Virus record (IMG/VR): IMGVR_UViG_3300009709_000009
Span: 1 to 41,162 of that record
Source of the DNA: a virus
DNA length: 41,162 bases
Direction: 5' to 3' (one strand)
Shown: one piece after another, positions 23,009 through 30,567 of the stretch
How positions within the stretch are numbered: the stretch's first letter is position 1
Layout of the letters: every line of letters begins with the position of its first letter
The notes under the pieces: generated by a model
Databases searched by the model: none
Seen by the model: the letters and a program-made list of their open reading frames with translations, nothing else
What the model was told of the DNA's origin: nothing
Position numbers and translations under genes: made by a program

Positions 23009-24835
23009 ATGACCTTCACCCTCAGACCATACCAGCAGGAATGCCACGACAAACTAACTGAATACCTACGCCAATACACAGAGCCGTGTCTTATAGATGC
23101 GGCTCCGGCTGCGGGTAAGTCTTACCTGATAGCGGCAATTGCTGATTTTCTATACAAAGCTAGCAATGGAAAGCGCGTTTTATGTCTTGCCCCATCTAAG
23201 GAGTTAATTGAGCAGAATGTCGAGAAATATCGTTTAATAGGTGAACCATGCTCTATATTTTCAGCAAGCAGCGGCGCGAAATCCACGAGACACAAAGTCG
23301 TTTTTGGCTCACCTTTGACTGTGAAGAACGCTATATCAAGATTCTCCAGTGGCTACGCCGGGGTCGTTATAGACGAGTGTCACGGCATTACGCCAACGAT
23401 TAAGGATATTATTGATGCAATGCGCGAGGGCAACCCTAATCTGCGCGTTATAGGATTCTCTGGTACTCCTTACCGCCTTGGTGATGGTTATATTTATCAA
23501 GTAGATGATAACAATATCACGCTACCGCCTGAGCTAACGCGTAATCCATATTTCCACAAACTGGTGCATAGAGTTTCCGCAAAGGAGATGCTGGACGCTG
23601 GCTTTATATGCCCGATGAAGATTGGCGCTGTAAACGCCAGTAGATACGACACCAGTGGTTTGCATTTGAACCGTATGGGGCAATTCAACGCTGATGAAGT
23701 AGATCGCGCTTTTGTAGGACACGGACGCAAGACAGCTGCTATCGTTGCGGATGTTGTTGAACAGTCTCGACCATATAGCGGCGGGGTAATGCTTTTTGCG
23801 GCTACTGTTAGCCATGCGCAAGAGATTATGGCGTCACTGCCTCCTAGTATCAGTGCTATGGTTATAGGTGAGACGCCAAAGGGTGAACGCAAAGATATTA
23901 TTGATCGGTACAAGAACAGGATTATCCGATACCTCGTATCGGTTGGGACACTCACAACCGGATTTGACGTTCCTCATACGCAAGTCATTGCTTTGTTGCG
24001 GCAGACGGAATCCAGTAGCCTTTTGACGCAAATCATGGGTCGTGCATGGAGATTGCATCCAGGTAAGGAATATTCTGTACTTCTGGACTACGCTTCCAAT
24101 ATCGACAACCATTTCCCAGATGGAGACATTTATAACCCTGTCATTCGCGCAAAGGCTGAAAAAGGAGAGGCTATTCCTCTTAGCGCCAAATGCCCCGAAT
24201 GTTCTTACTCCAACCAATTCTCCTGTATCCCCGAATACGCAGAGCATGAGAAGGACGAAAACGGTTATTGTATGGACGTTTTTGGCAACAGAGTGGAAAC
24301 AGAATATGGACCATTGTCGGGGCATTATGGTCGGCGATGCATGGGGTATATCCCGGCGGGGATGGGAAAAGTAGACAGGTGTGGATATTACTGGACATCG
24401 AAAGAATGCGATGCGTGCGGTGAAAAGAATGACGTGACAGCTAGGCGATGCATTGGCTGCGGTTGCGAGCTTATAGATCCTGCAAAAAAACTTATCGGAG
24501 AGTTTAGGGCTTTAAAAAAAGACCCATACCAACCTCAATGTGACAAGATAATCTCTATGGAGACAAAGCCCAGCGTTTCAAGATCTGGTAACTCTGTCAT
24601 AAGGGTAGATTTTGTTACAGAACATAGACATTTCAGCATTTATCTAATGCCAGAAGGCCGAATACCCGCGAAGCAAATGGAATACGATTTATATGTCCGC
24701 GCAACGCAAGATGGAACGATAATACCTAAAACAGTTTCATACAGAAAGTCTGATGATAAATTTTATAGAATCATGGCCTTCAATAAACCAGAAGATAAAG
24801 AGCCAGATGTTGAAACTTGGAGAAAAACAGGATAG
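23009..24835 (+). CDS. SF2 DEAD/DEAH-box helicase with a C-terminal zinc-ribbon region (608 aa).
   Basis: Motif I AAPAAGKS, motif II VIDECH, motif III SGTP, motif V TTGFDVP and motif VI QIMGRAWR. C-terminal CPEC and CDACG...CIGCGC. Confidence 0.85.
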   Translation: MTFTLRPYQQECHDKLTEYLRQYTEPCLIDAAPAAGKSYLIAAIADFLYKASNGKRVLCLAPSKELIEQNVEKYRLIGEPCSIFSASSGAKSTRHKVVFGSPLTVKNAISRFSSGYAGVVIDECHGITPTIKDIIDAMREGNPNLRVIGFSGTPYRLGDGYIYQVDDNNITLPPELTRNPYFHKLVHRVSAKEMLDAGFICPMKIGAVNASRYDTSGLHLNRMGQFNADEVDRAFVGHGRKTAAIVADVVEQSRPYSGGVMLFAATVSHAQEIMASLPPSISAMVIGETPKGERKDIIDRYKNRIIRYLVSVGTLTTGFDVPHTQVIALLRQTESSSLLTQIMGRAWRLHPGKEYSVLLDYASNIDNHFPDGDIYNPVIRAKAEKGEAIPLSAKCPECSYSNQFSCIPEYAEHEKDENGYCMDVFGNRVETEYGPLSGHYGRRCMGYIPAGMGKVDRCGYYWTSKECDACGEKNDVTARRCIGCGCELIDPAKKLIGEFRALKKDPYQPQCDKIISMETKPSVSRSGNSVIRVDFVTEHRHFSIYLMPEGRIPAKQMEYDLYVRATQDGTIIPKTVSYRKSDDKFYRIMAFNKPEDKEPDVETWRKTG

Positions 24836-24924
24836 AATGAATTGAGCGGATAGGACGGCCATCCGAAAAGCAATTACGCTGATTGCCTGCCGCTATTTCA
24901 AAAGCGAACCTTAGCGAGGTTTAT

Positions 24925-25440
24925 ATGACGGAAATATCCCCAGAATATCTTAGATCTATTTTGACTTATTATCCGGATAATGGTCTTCTTTTCTGGAAAT
25001 ACAGGGAAGATTATTACAAGAGATGGAACGTTAGATATGCCAACAATCAGGCGTTCAATGTTACCTCTGATAGTGGATATTATAGAGGTTCCATAAATAA
25101 AAGATGGTTCCAAGCGCACAGAGTGGCGTGGGCTATTCATTATGGTGAGTGGCCTAGTGATATATTAGATCACATAAATATGGTAAAAACAGACAATAGA
25201 ATATGCAATTTAAGAATTGCTAGCAAATCAAAAAATGCAATGAACATAAGAAAACATTCAGATAATAGATCTGGATATAAAGGTGTAGACTTTAGCAAGG
25301 TAAGTAACAAATGGAGAGCTAGGATAATGAAGTTAGGAGTAAATTATAATCTTGGATTTTTTGATAGTAAAGAAGAAGCATATGAAGCTTATTGTATAGC
25401 GGCATCTAATTTACACAAAGAGTTTAAGAGGACAAAATGA
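24925..25440 (+). CDS. HNH_3 plus AP2-domain homing endonuclease-like protein (171 aa), AT-rich.
   Basis: HRVAWAIHYGEWP..ILDHINMVKTDNRICNLR (HNH_3) followed by SGYKGVDF..SNKWRARI...NLGFFDSKEEAYEAY (AP2). GAGG lies 6 nt before ATG 24925. Confidence 0.8.
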   Translation: MTEISPEYLRSILTYYPDNGLLFWKYREDYYKRWNVRYANNQAFNVTSDSGYYRGSINKRWFQAHRVAWAIHYGEWPSDILDHINMVKTDNRICNLRIASKSKNAMNIRKHSDNRSGYKGVDFSKVSNKWRARIMKLGVNYNLGFFDSKEEAYEAYCIAASNLHKEFKRTK

Positions 25441-25850
25441 CAAAATACCCCCCATTCCTACGCATCTACGGCGACCTATCCTATCGCGGTCCATGCCCGC
25501 AAGAACTGGTTGAACAAATTTCAATTGTGAACCAGATCAGGCGTGTGTATCCAGATACGTATGGTCGTATTGCCGTGCATATCCGAAATGAAGGTGCAAG
25601 AACGCACGGGCAGGTGGTAAGGCATAAAGCTGAAGGCATGGTTAAGGGAGCGCCTGATTTGGTGATTCCTGGTAAACCAACGTTCCTGTGCGAGATTAAA
25701 CGCCAAAACTCGCAATTAAGCCGCGTATCGAAAGAGCAGTTAGAATATCTGGAAGCCGCACATAATGAAGGTGCATTCGTTTGTGTAGCATTTGGCGCTA
25801 AAGCGGCGTGGGAAGGATTTGAGGAATGGTTGAAATTAACGAAATCCTAA
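25437..25850 (+). CDS. VRR-NUC domain nuclease (137 aa).
   Basis: The PD-(D/E)xK core is GAPDLVI...LCEIKR...SKEQLEYLEAAHNEGAFV. Confidence 0.8.
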   Translation: MTKYPPFLRIYGDLSYRGPCPQELVEQISIVNQIRRVYPDTYGRIAVHIRNEGARTHGQVVRHKAEGMVKGAPDLVIPGKPTFLCEIKRQNSQLSRVSKEQLEYLEAAHNEGAFVCVAFGAKAAWEGFEEWLKLTKS

Positions 25851-26083
25851 AAGAGCGTGGCGAAAGATACGGAGACTTTGCTGATGTATCCTCTCTGAGT
25901 CAGAGGCTAAAAGCAGAAATAAGATTATGCAAATCAAACAAAATGCCTTCTTACAATGAAGAATCACTGGATATGATCTGCAACAAAATAGCTCGCATTG
26001 TTTGCGGAGATCCTGACTATCGGGATAGTTGGGACGACATTGCAGGATATGCAAAGTTGAGCGCGGATAGATGTACGAAGTAG
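25826..26083 (+). CDS. DUF6378-like small helical protein (85 aa).
   Basis: ERGERYGDF near the N-terminus and DSWDDIAGYAKL near the C-terminus. The family name is from memory. Confidence 0.5.
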   Translation: MVEINEILKERGERYGDFADVSSLSQRLKAEIRLCKSNKMPSYNEESLDMICNKIARIVCGDPDYRDSWDDIAGYAKLSADRCTK

Positions 26084-26116
26084 TAGATGCTATTTGCCAG
26101 CTAGAGGTCGAGGGAT

Positions 26117-26338
26117 ATGCCCAGCAAGATGTACTCTACCAGAGACTACGAAGACGTTCTCGAAGGTCGTTTATTTCTGGTAGACGTGTCTCAGGCGACT
26201 AGAGATCACGTGGTGCAGACGATACGCAAGAAAGCTAGTGAAATAGCGAGCCAGCGTAGATGGAACGCTAATGATTTTCCTTGGTATTTGCGAAAAGAAT
26301 TGCAGCAAGCGATTGACAACATACTAGACAATATGTAA
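26117..26338 (+). CDS. Hypothetical protein (73 aa).
   Basis: ORF track. GAGGG RBS. Confidence 0.55.
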   Translation: MPSKMYSTRDYEDVLEGRLFLVDVSQATRDHVVQTIRKKASEIASQRRWNANDFPWYLRKELQQAIDNILDNM

Positions 26339-26347
26339 AGGTGAATT

Positions 26348-26542
26348 ATGACCACAGTGGCTATCATAGCGAAGTCTCTATGTTCATTAATGGTAGACGT
26401 GGAGATGTCTGGATATCAACCGATCAATGCTTATTTCGCGGCAAGTGGAAACGAATTGCCGTATAATATGTGGATCAGCCTGACAAACAGCATATACGAT
26501 ATGCAGCAGGCACAAGATGAAGTGGAGAGATGCAATGGTTAA
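26348..26542 (+). CDS. Hypothetical protein (64 aa).
   Basis: ORF track. AAAGGTGA RBS. Confidence 0.5.
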   Translation: MTTVAIIAKSLCSLMVDVEMSGYQPINAYFAASGNELPYNMWISLTNSIYDMQQAQDEVERCNG

Positions 26543-26611
26543 TTCAGTGTGGATATATGGCTTGGTAGCGTTTGCTATCATTGCTGTTGGATATGTGGAA
26601 GGATTGCCGGT

Positions 26612-28012
26612 ATGACCATCCCAGATGAAGCAGTGCAGGCAGCACAGAACGAGTTCAACAAATTCGGCTATACCGCCCCCAATGAAAAGGAGTTGATTGC
26701 CGCCATCACAGCCGCCCTGCCTTTCCTGCAAGGGGTGAAGGTGAAGGCGCTGGAGTGGCCTAAAAAGCTGGAGTTTAATCATGTGCTTGAGGCTGGGGTA
26801 GCGCGTTACCGGCTGATAAACTCATACGATGATGTTTATAGATGTTCGGTAGTGCCATACGATGACGACGCAGCCGACTTATGCGGAAATACGACCTTAG
26901 AAGGCGCCAAAGCCGCAGCGCAGTCCGACTATGAGGCTCGTATAAGGTCCGCAATCGAGTTGTTAGGAAATTCCGAACAACTCAACGATGTGCATACTAC
27001 GCACACCCTTTCTGAGCAGACGACCGATATGGGAAATCCCATAACGCTCGATATCGGAAAACCGATAACGGACAAAACTACGCAGATGGTTATTGCTGAG
27101 GCCATTGAGAATGTATGGTGGCAGACGAGGGATTGTGATGTTGAAGAAATAGATAGCATTATCGATCACTTGCGCAACAATGGCTTGCTGGTTGTTGGAA
27201 GTCAGCGCTTTCAACAGATGGCAGATGCCATCCAACAAGCGTCAGCTTATCTCGCCTTAACGCAACCCAACAGCGCAGAAAAATTACTCGCTGATCTTGA
27301 TGCAGCATTGAAACCCGTTGCGGGAATTCCCGTTTCGTCCCCATCCCTACGCGCGCAGGCGTTGGAGGAAGGTAAGCAGCTATATGGTCCATTCGGCCAT
27401 TTGACCGGGGATAGAAACCTTTCAGAGGATACGTGGGAGGTTTATGACGAACCTGCCGCCACTGTCGGAGATATTTTTTCGATCCCTCTTTATGCCCTCT
27501 CCGACCCATTCAAGGAAATCGGCTTAGATGTGGATGTCAAAGCAGATGTTCTGTCACCTGATCCCGCTCAGTATCTTGAGATGGCAGTACAGGTTGCCGA
27601 TAAGGCAAATAAAGGCTGGCTGAAAAAGCGCGATGTGACCGCCAACAAAAAAGAAGCTAGCGATTATGAGACAATGGCTATTGCCGCCTCTCATATATCC
27701 ACAGCAATCCGCGCCCTCTCGTCTCAGTCTGTAGCGGACGAGGGCAAGGGCGAGTGGCGCGAAATTGAATACAATCACGCCTTGAAAGGTCGCCGCGTTA
27801 ACCCTGCATATTTTCCATCCACTGGCGAGGTTTGCGAAATCAGCGGACCTAATTGCGATGACGATAAGGGTTATACGTGGGGCGAAACCACAGTCCTATG
27901 GCAAAATGAAATGTTCGTTCTCTATGGGAAAGATGGGTATTGGCCTGTCCTTCATAAGCATGAACACGTCCTGTTTCGCCCCCTCCCAGACTCACCAGGA
28001 GCGTCGGAATGA
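26612..28012 (+). CDS. Large ORFan (466 aa from ATG 26612).
   Basis: ORF track. The track starts at GTG 26549; ATG 26612 has GGAAGGA 9 nt upstream. I recognised no catalytic motif. Confidence 0.6.
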   Translation: MTIPDEAVQAAQNEFNKFGYTAPNEKELIAAITAALPFLQGVKVKALEWPKKLEFNHVLEAGVARYRLINSYDDVYRCSVVPYDDDAADLCGNTTLEGAKAAAQSDYEARIRSAIELLGNSEQLNDVHTTHTLSEQTTDMGNPITLDIGKPITDKTTQMVIAEAIENVWWQTRDCDVEEIDSIIDHLRNNGLLVVGSQRFQQMADAIQQASAYLALTQPNSAEKLLADLDAALKPVAGIPVSSPSLRAQALEEGKQLYGPFGHLTGDRNLSEDTWEVYDEPAATVGDIFSIPLYALSDPFKEIGLDVDVKADVLSPDPAQYLEMAVQVADKANKGWLKKRDVTANKKEASDYETMAIAASHISTAIRALSSQSVADEGKGEWREIEYNHALKGRRVNPAYFPSTGEVCEISGPNCDDDKGYTWGETTVLWQNEMFVLYGKDGYWPVLHKHEHVLFRPLPDSPGASE

Positions 28013-28314
28013 GTAATCAAGAACCGATGTTCCCGATCCTCAACGATCCTATGATCAAGAGCATCCCTTGGGCGGTGATGTTGCCTCACGAGAAGCAGGC
28101 ACAGCGCAACCATAGTCAAACCTTACGAGGGCTTGCAGGACGCGGAGGGTTAAGCATCCATGAAGCCTACCACATTATCAGAGATGAAGAGTGGCCTTAC
28201 CGCACATTCAAGCGAAGCAAGCTCAATGATGCCAAGTACAGGATGCAACTCATGATCGTACTGCATGAGTTCGAAGCCACCCGCCCGACAGGAGGCAGCA
28301 ACCATGGCGAATGA
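28009..28314 (+). CDS. Hypothetical protein (101 aa).
   Basis: ATGA overlap with the upstream stop. SIPWAVMLPHEKQAQRNHSQTLRGLAGRGGLS is a pattern I have seen in prophage hypotheticals. Confidence 0.6.
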   Translation: MSNQEPMFPILNDPMIKSIPWAVMLPHEKQAQRNHSQTLRGLAGRGGLSIHEAYHIIRDEEWPYRTFKRSKLNDAKYRMQLMIVLHEFEATRPTGGSNHGE

Positions 28315-28984
28315 AAAAGGTCCGCTATTAACGGCTCTAGAGGAAGTTAGAAAAACTCCCACCATAACATCTCAAGCCCTAGCCGCACGCTCTGCTAAGA
28401 ACACCCTCCCCGCCGTGCCGGTCGAGGGGTTGGATCGGTATGGGCTGAACTGGCACGACGAAATGGAGCCGAATAGTGAAGGCGATTACGTCCTTTTCTC
28501 GCAGTCCGAGGCCAACATTGCGGCGGAACTCACTATGCAAGTAGAGATAGCTCAATTAAGGCATCTTTATACTCACTTAGTTAATGGGACATTTAAAGAT
28601 GTTAAAGAATTAGCCAATGGTCTTTTATCTACAGTGATTGCTAGTCTTGAAAGACAACTCGAAGCGAAGGATGCGCGGGTTAAGGAGTTGGAGGCTGAGA
28701 ATGCCGCTCTCGAAAAACAGGCCTTGCGGGACCGTAGTCTAGCGAACGAAACGCATAGCGATGCAACTCTTTGGCAATTCTCCGTCGATATGGGCGACCA
28801 TCCTTCATTGCTCGTAAAGGTCTGGATGCAGCGCAAAGCCCTCGAAACCCAACTCGCGGCGGCTCGGAAGGCGTTGGAAGATATGGTGTCCGAATACGAT
28901 GCGGTCGATCTATCCCACGACGAACCGGCGTCAATGGTTTCAGCAGTTGAAGTTGCCCGCGCCGCCTTGGAGTCCAAGCCATGA
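28304..28984 (+). CDS. Coiled-coil protein (226 aa from ATG 28304).
   Basis: AGGAGG lies 9 nt before ATG 28304. The central region LERQLEAKDARVKELEAENAALEKQAL looks like coiled coil. Confidence 0.55.
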   Translation: MANEKGPLLTALEEVRKTPTITSQALAARSAKNTLPAVPVEGLDRYGLNWHDEMEPNSEGDYVLFSQSEANIAAELTMQVEIAQLRHLYTHLVNGTFKDVKELANGLLSTVIASLERQLEAKDARVKELEAENAALEKQALRDRSLANETHSDATLWQFSVDMGDHPSLLVKVWMQRKALETQLAAARKALEDMVSEYDAVDLSHDEPASMVSAVEVARAALESKP

Positions 28985-29187
28985 AGGATTATTGCGCAGA
29001 ATGCGGTTGTAAGCTCCCACTTCACATGCTCGATGCTAAACCCACAATGACATTTTGGCTCCGCCTTGTTTCGCTGTTTCGCGGGCAGTCCTTCATGCTC
29101 ATGTATGCTGCGCACCGTGGATACGACTTTGACCGCCTCGAATGTCATGTCTGCTACGGCGATGGATACGTGGAGGTCAAGCCATGA
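28981..29187 (+). CDS. Small zinc-ribbon protein (68 aa).
   Basis: CAECGC...CHVCYGDG. ATGA overlap with the upstream stop. Confidence 0.5.
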   Translation: MKDYCAECGCKLPLHMLDAKPTMTFWLRLVSLFRGQSFMLMYAAHRGYDFDRLECHVCYGDGYVEVKP

Positions 29188-29408
29188 GCCTCGAATACAT
29201 CAAAGATTATTATTGTGTTCCAGCTCGCATTGGCGGTCGCATCAAATACACCGGCGACAAGCAACCTCAGTATGGAACGATTGAAGGCGCGCGCAATCAG
29301 TATCTTCTAATTCGCCTTGATGGTGAGAAACATGAACCGGGTTCGTACCATCCAACTTGGGAACTGACCTATCTGGAAAGCAGCGCACTAGGGGAGCAGA
29401 GCGAATGA
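29184..29408 (+). CDS. Hypothetical protein (74 aa).
   Basis: ATG 29184 overlaps the upstream stop (ATGA). Confidence 0.5.
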   Translation: MSLEYIKDYYCVPARIGGRIKYTGDKQPQYGTIEGARNQYLLIRLDGEKHEPGSYHPTWELTYLESSALGEQSE

Positions 29409-29638
29409 AGTTGACCAAAGCACGATTTGCTACCGTTTACAGCACCGTGGCGTTACTGACTTTCGGTTACGCTTCGACTGATCCACGGTTTTCATGCGGG
29501 AGCGGCGCTCTTGCTCCAGAGGGCGACATGTCTTGTGCTGTTATGTTGGGCGCGACCTTAGCAGCGCCTGCATGGCCGATATTCTGGACGTGGGAAGGCT
29601 TCTCTATCGGTCGCCAAGACCTGAAAGGAGGGGAGTGA
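29405..29638 (+). CDS. Small membrane protein (77 aa).
   Basis: Hydrophobic segments VYSTVALLTFGYA and AVMLGATLAAPAWPIFW. ATGA overlap with the upstream stop. Confidence 0.5.
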   Translation: MKLTKARFATVYSTVALLTFGYASTDPRFSCGSGALAPEGDMSCAVMLGATLAAPAWPIFWTWEGFSIGRQDLKGGE

Positions 29639-29952
29639 TGACTCCAAGAGGTAAAATTCTAGAGGATATTTCAGACATAGCAGAATCTCATAATCTAATC
29701 CTTAAGGATTTATTAAATCCAGGTAGGTTTAAACATATCGTAAAAGCAAGAAACGAGGCTATGTGGTACGTTCATGAAAAATATGATAGATCTCTTACGC
29801 AGATAGGAAATATATTTAATATGCACCATTCCACAGTTTTAAATGGAATTGGAAGTCACATGGCAAAATCTGGAATAAAAGATGAGTGGGCCGATATTTA
29901 CCATCAAAGAAAAGAACGGAAAAGGATCAATCGTGAGATGCAGCGGGCCTAG
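29638..29952 (+). CDS. DnaA domain IV-only (DnaA-box-binding HTH) protein (104 aa), AT-rich.
   Basis: LKDLLNPGRFKHIVKARNEAMWYVHEKYDRSLTQIGNIFNMHHSTVLNGI aligns by eye to the DnaA C-terminal DNA-binding domain (..R...v.aR..AMyL....t..Sl..IG..F...HsTVl). A strong AAAGGAGGGGAG RBS precedes it. Confidence 0.7.
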   Translation: MTPRGKILEDISDIAESHNLILKDLLNPGRFKHIVKARNEAMWYVHEKYDRSLTQIGNIFNMHHSTVLNGIGSHMAKSGIKDEWADIYHQRKERKRINREMQRA

Positions 29953-30340
29953 ATCTGCGTTGTTTTGGTTCGTCAATGTCGCCGGTCAATATTCCAACCC
30001 GAGATGACAAGACTTCAACTTGCGTAGTGAGGCGGTTAATATCCCGCCTCATTAGATCCATGCTGGATATCAATGTGTTTTGAAGAGCGTCTGTTCTTTC
30101 ATTGGCTCTTTGCAGGCCAAACTCCAACTGATCAACGCGATATGCTATTTTACTAATGTCAGCAGTAGTTGCCTTAAGCTCAGAATTTTCTTGTGATAGA
30201 GATGAAACGCTTTTTTGCAGGTCATTCAAATTGGTACCAACATAGTATCCTAGCCCCAATATCATAACGACAGTAGGCAGATTTACCCGAAACCAATTTA
30301 GAGTTACCGTAGAATCGCTTTTCATTTCATCCGCTGACAT
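29927..30340 (-). CDS. Type-II membrane coiled-coil protein, i-spanin-like (137 aa).
   Basis: N-terminal TM LPTVVMILGLGYYVG followed by ~100 aa of heptad-like helix. It is the last gene of the lysis cassette. Confidence 0.5.
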   Translation of the reverse strand: MSADEMKSDSTVTLNWFRVNLPTVVMILGLGYYVGTNLNDLQKSVSSLSQENSELKATTADISKIAYRVDQLEFGLQRANERTDALQNTLISSMDLMRRDINRLTTQVEVLSSRVGILTGDIDEPKQRRSRPAASHD

Positions 30341-30567
30341 TTATAAGCCCCATAACGCCCACGATGCTGTGCTACTTGCTGGGCGAAGGGTCTATCATTC
30401 TCAACGATATATCTTGCCGTTTGTTCCGATGGTGACATTAACACAAGTACATCACATGGGCTAGTTATCGCAGTCGATGAGCAAGACGCCATTGACAATA
30501 CGATTAAAGAGAGTAATGTTACTTTCAATGAACAAAGAAAGGCATTACCAGTGGTAAAATATGGCAT
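30322..30567 (-). CDS. Small lipoprotein, o-spanin-like (81 aa).
   Basis: Signal plus lipobox LLSLIVLSMAS-C. An AGGAG RBS lies 6 nt before ATG 30567. Confidence 0.55.
   Translation of the reverse strand: MPYFTTGNAFLCSLKVTLLSLIVLSMASCSSTAITSPCDVLVLMSPSEQTARYIVENDRPFAQQVAQHRGRYGAYKCQRMK

Noticed and set aside
23497-24325. Minus-strand ORFs of 152, 95 and 163 aa inside the SF2 helicase gene.
   Set aside because: They lie entirely within a gene that has all the helicase motifs. They are antisense shadows.
26549-26611. A GTG-initiated N-terminal extension (MDIWLGSVCYHCCWICGRIAG) of the 466-aa ORFan.
   Set aside because: ATG 26612 has a plausible RBS and the extension is an odd Cys/Trp-rich peptide. 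The call remains uncertain, because a lipid-anchored or zinc-binding N-terminus cannot be excluded.
28573-29148. A 191-aa minus-strand ORF, and a 100-aa one, spanning several plus-strand genes.
   Set aside because: They are antisense to a tightly coupled operon in a GC-richer stretch where long spurious frames are expected. No RBS or motif is present.
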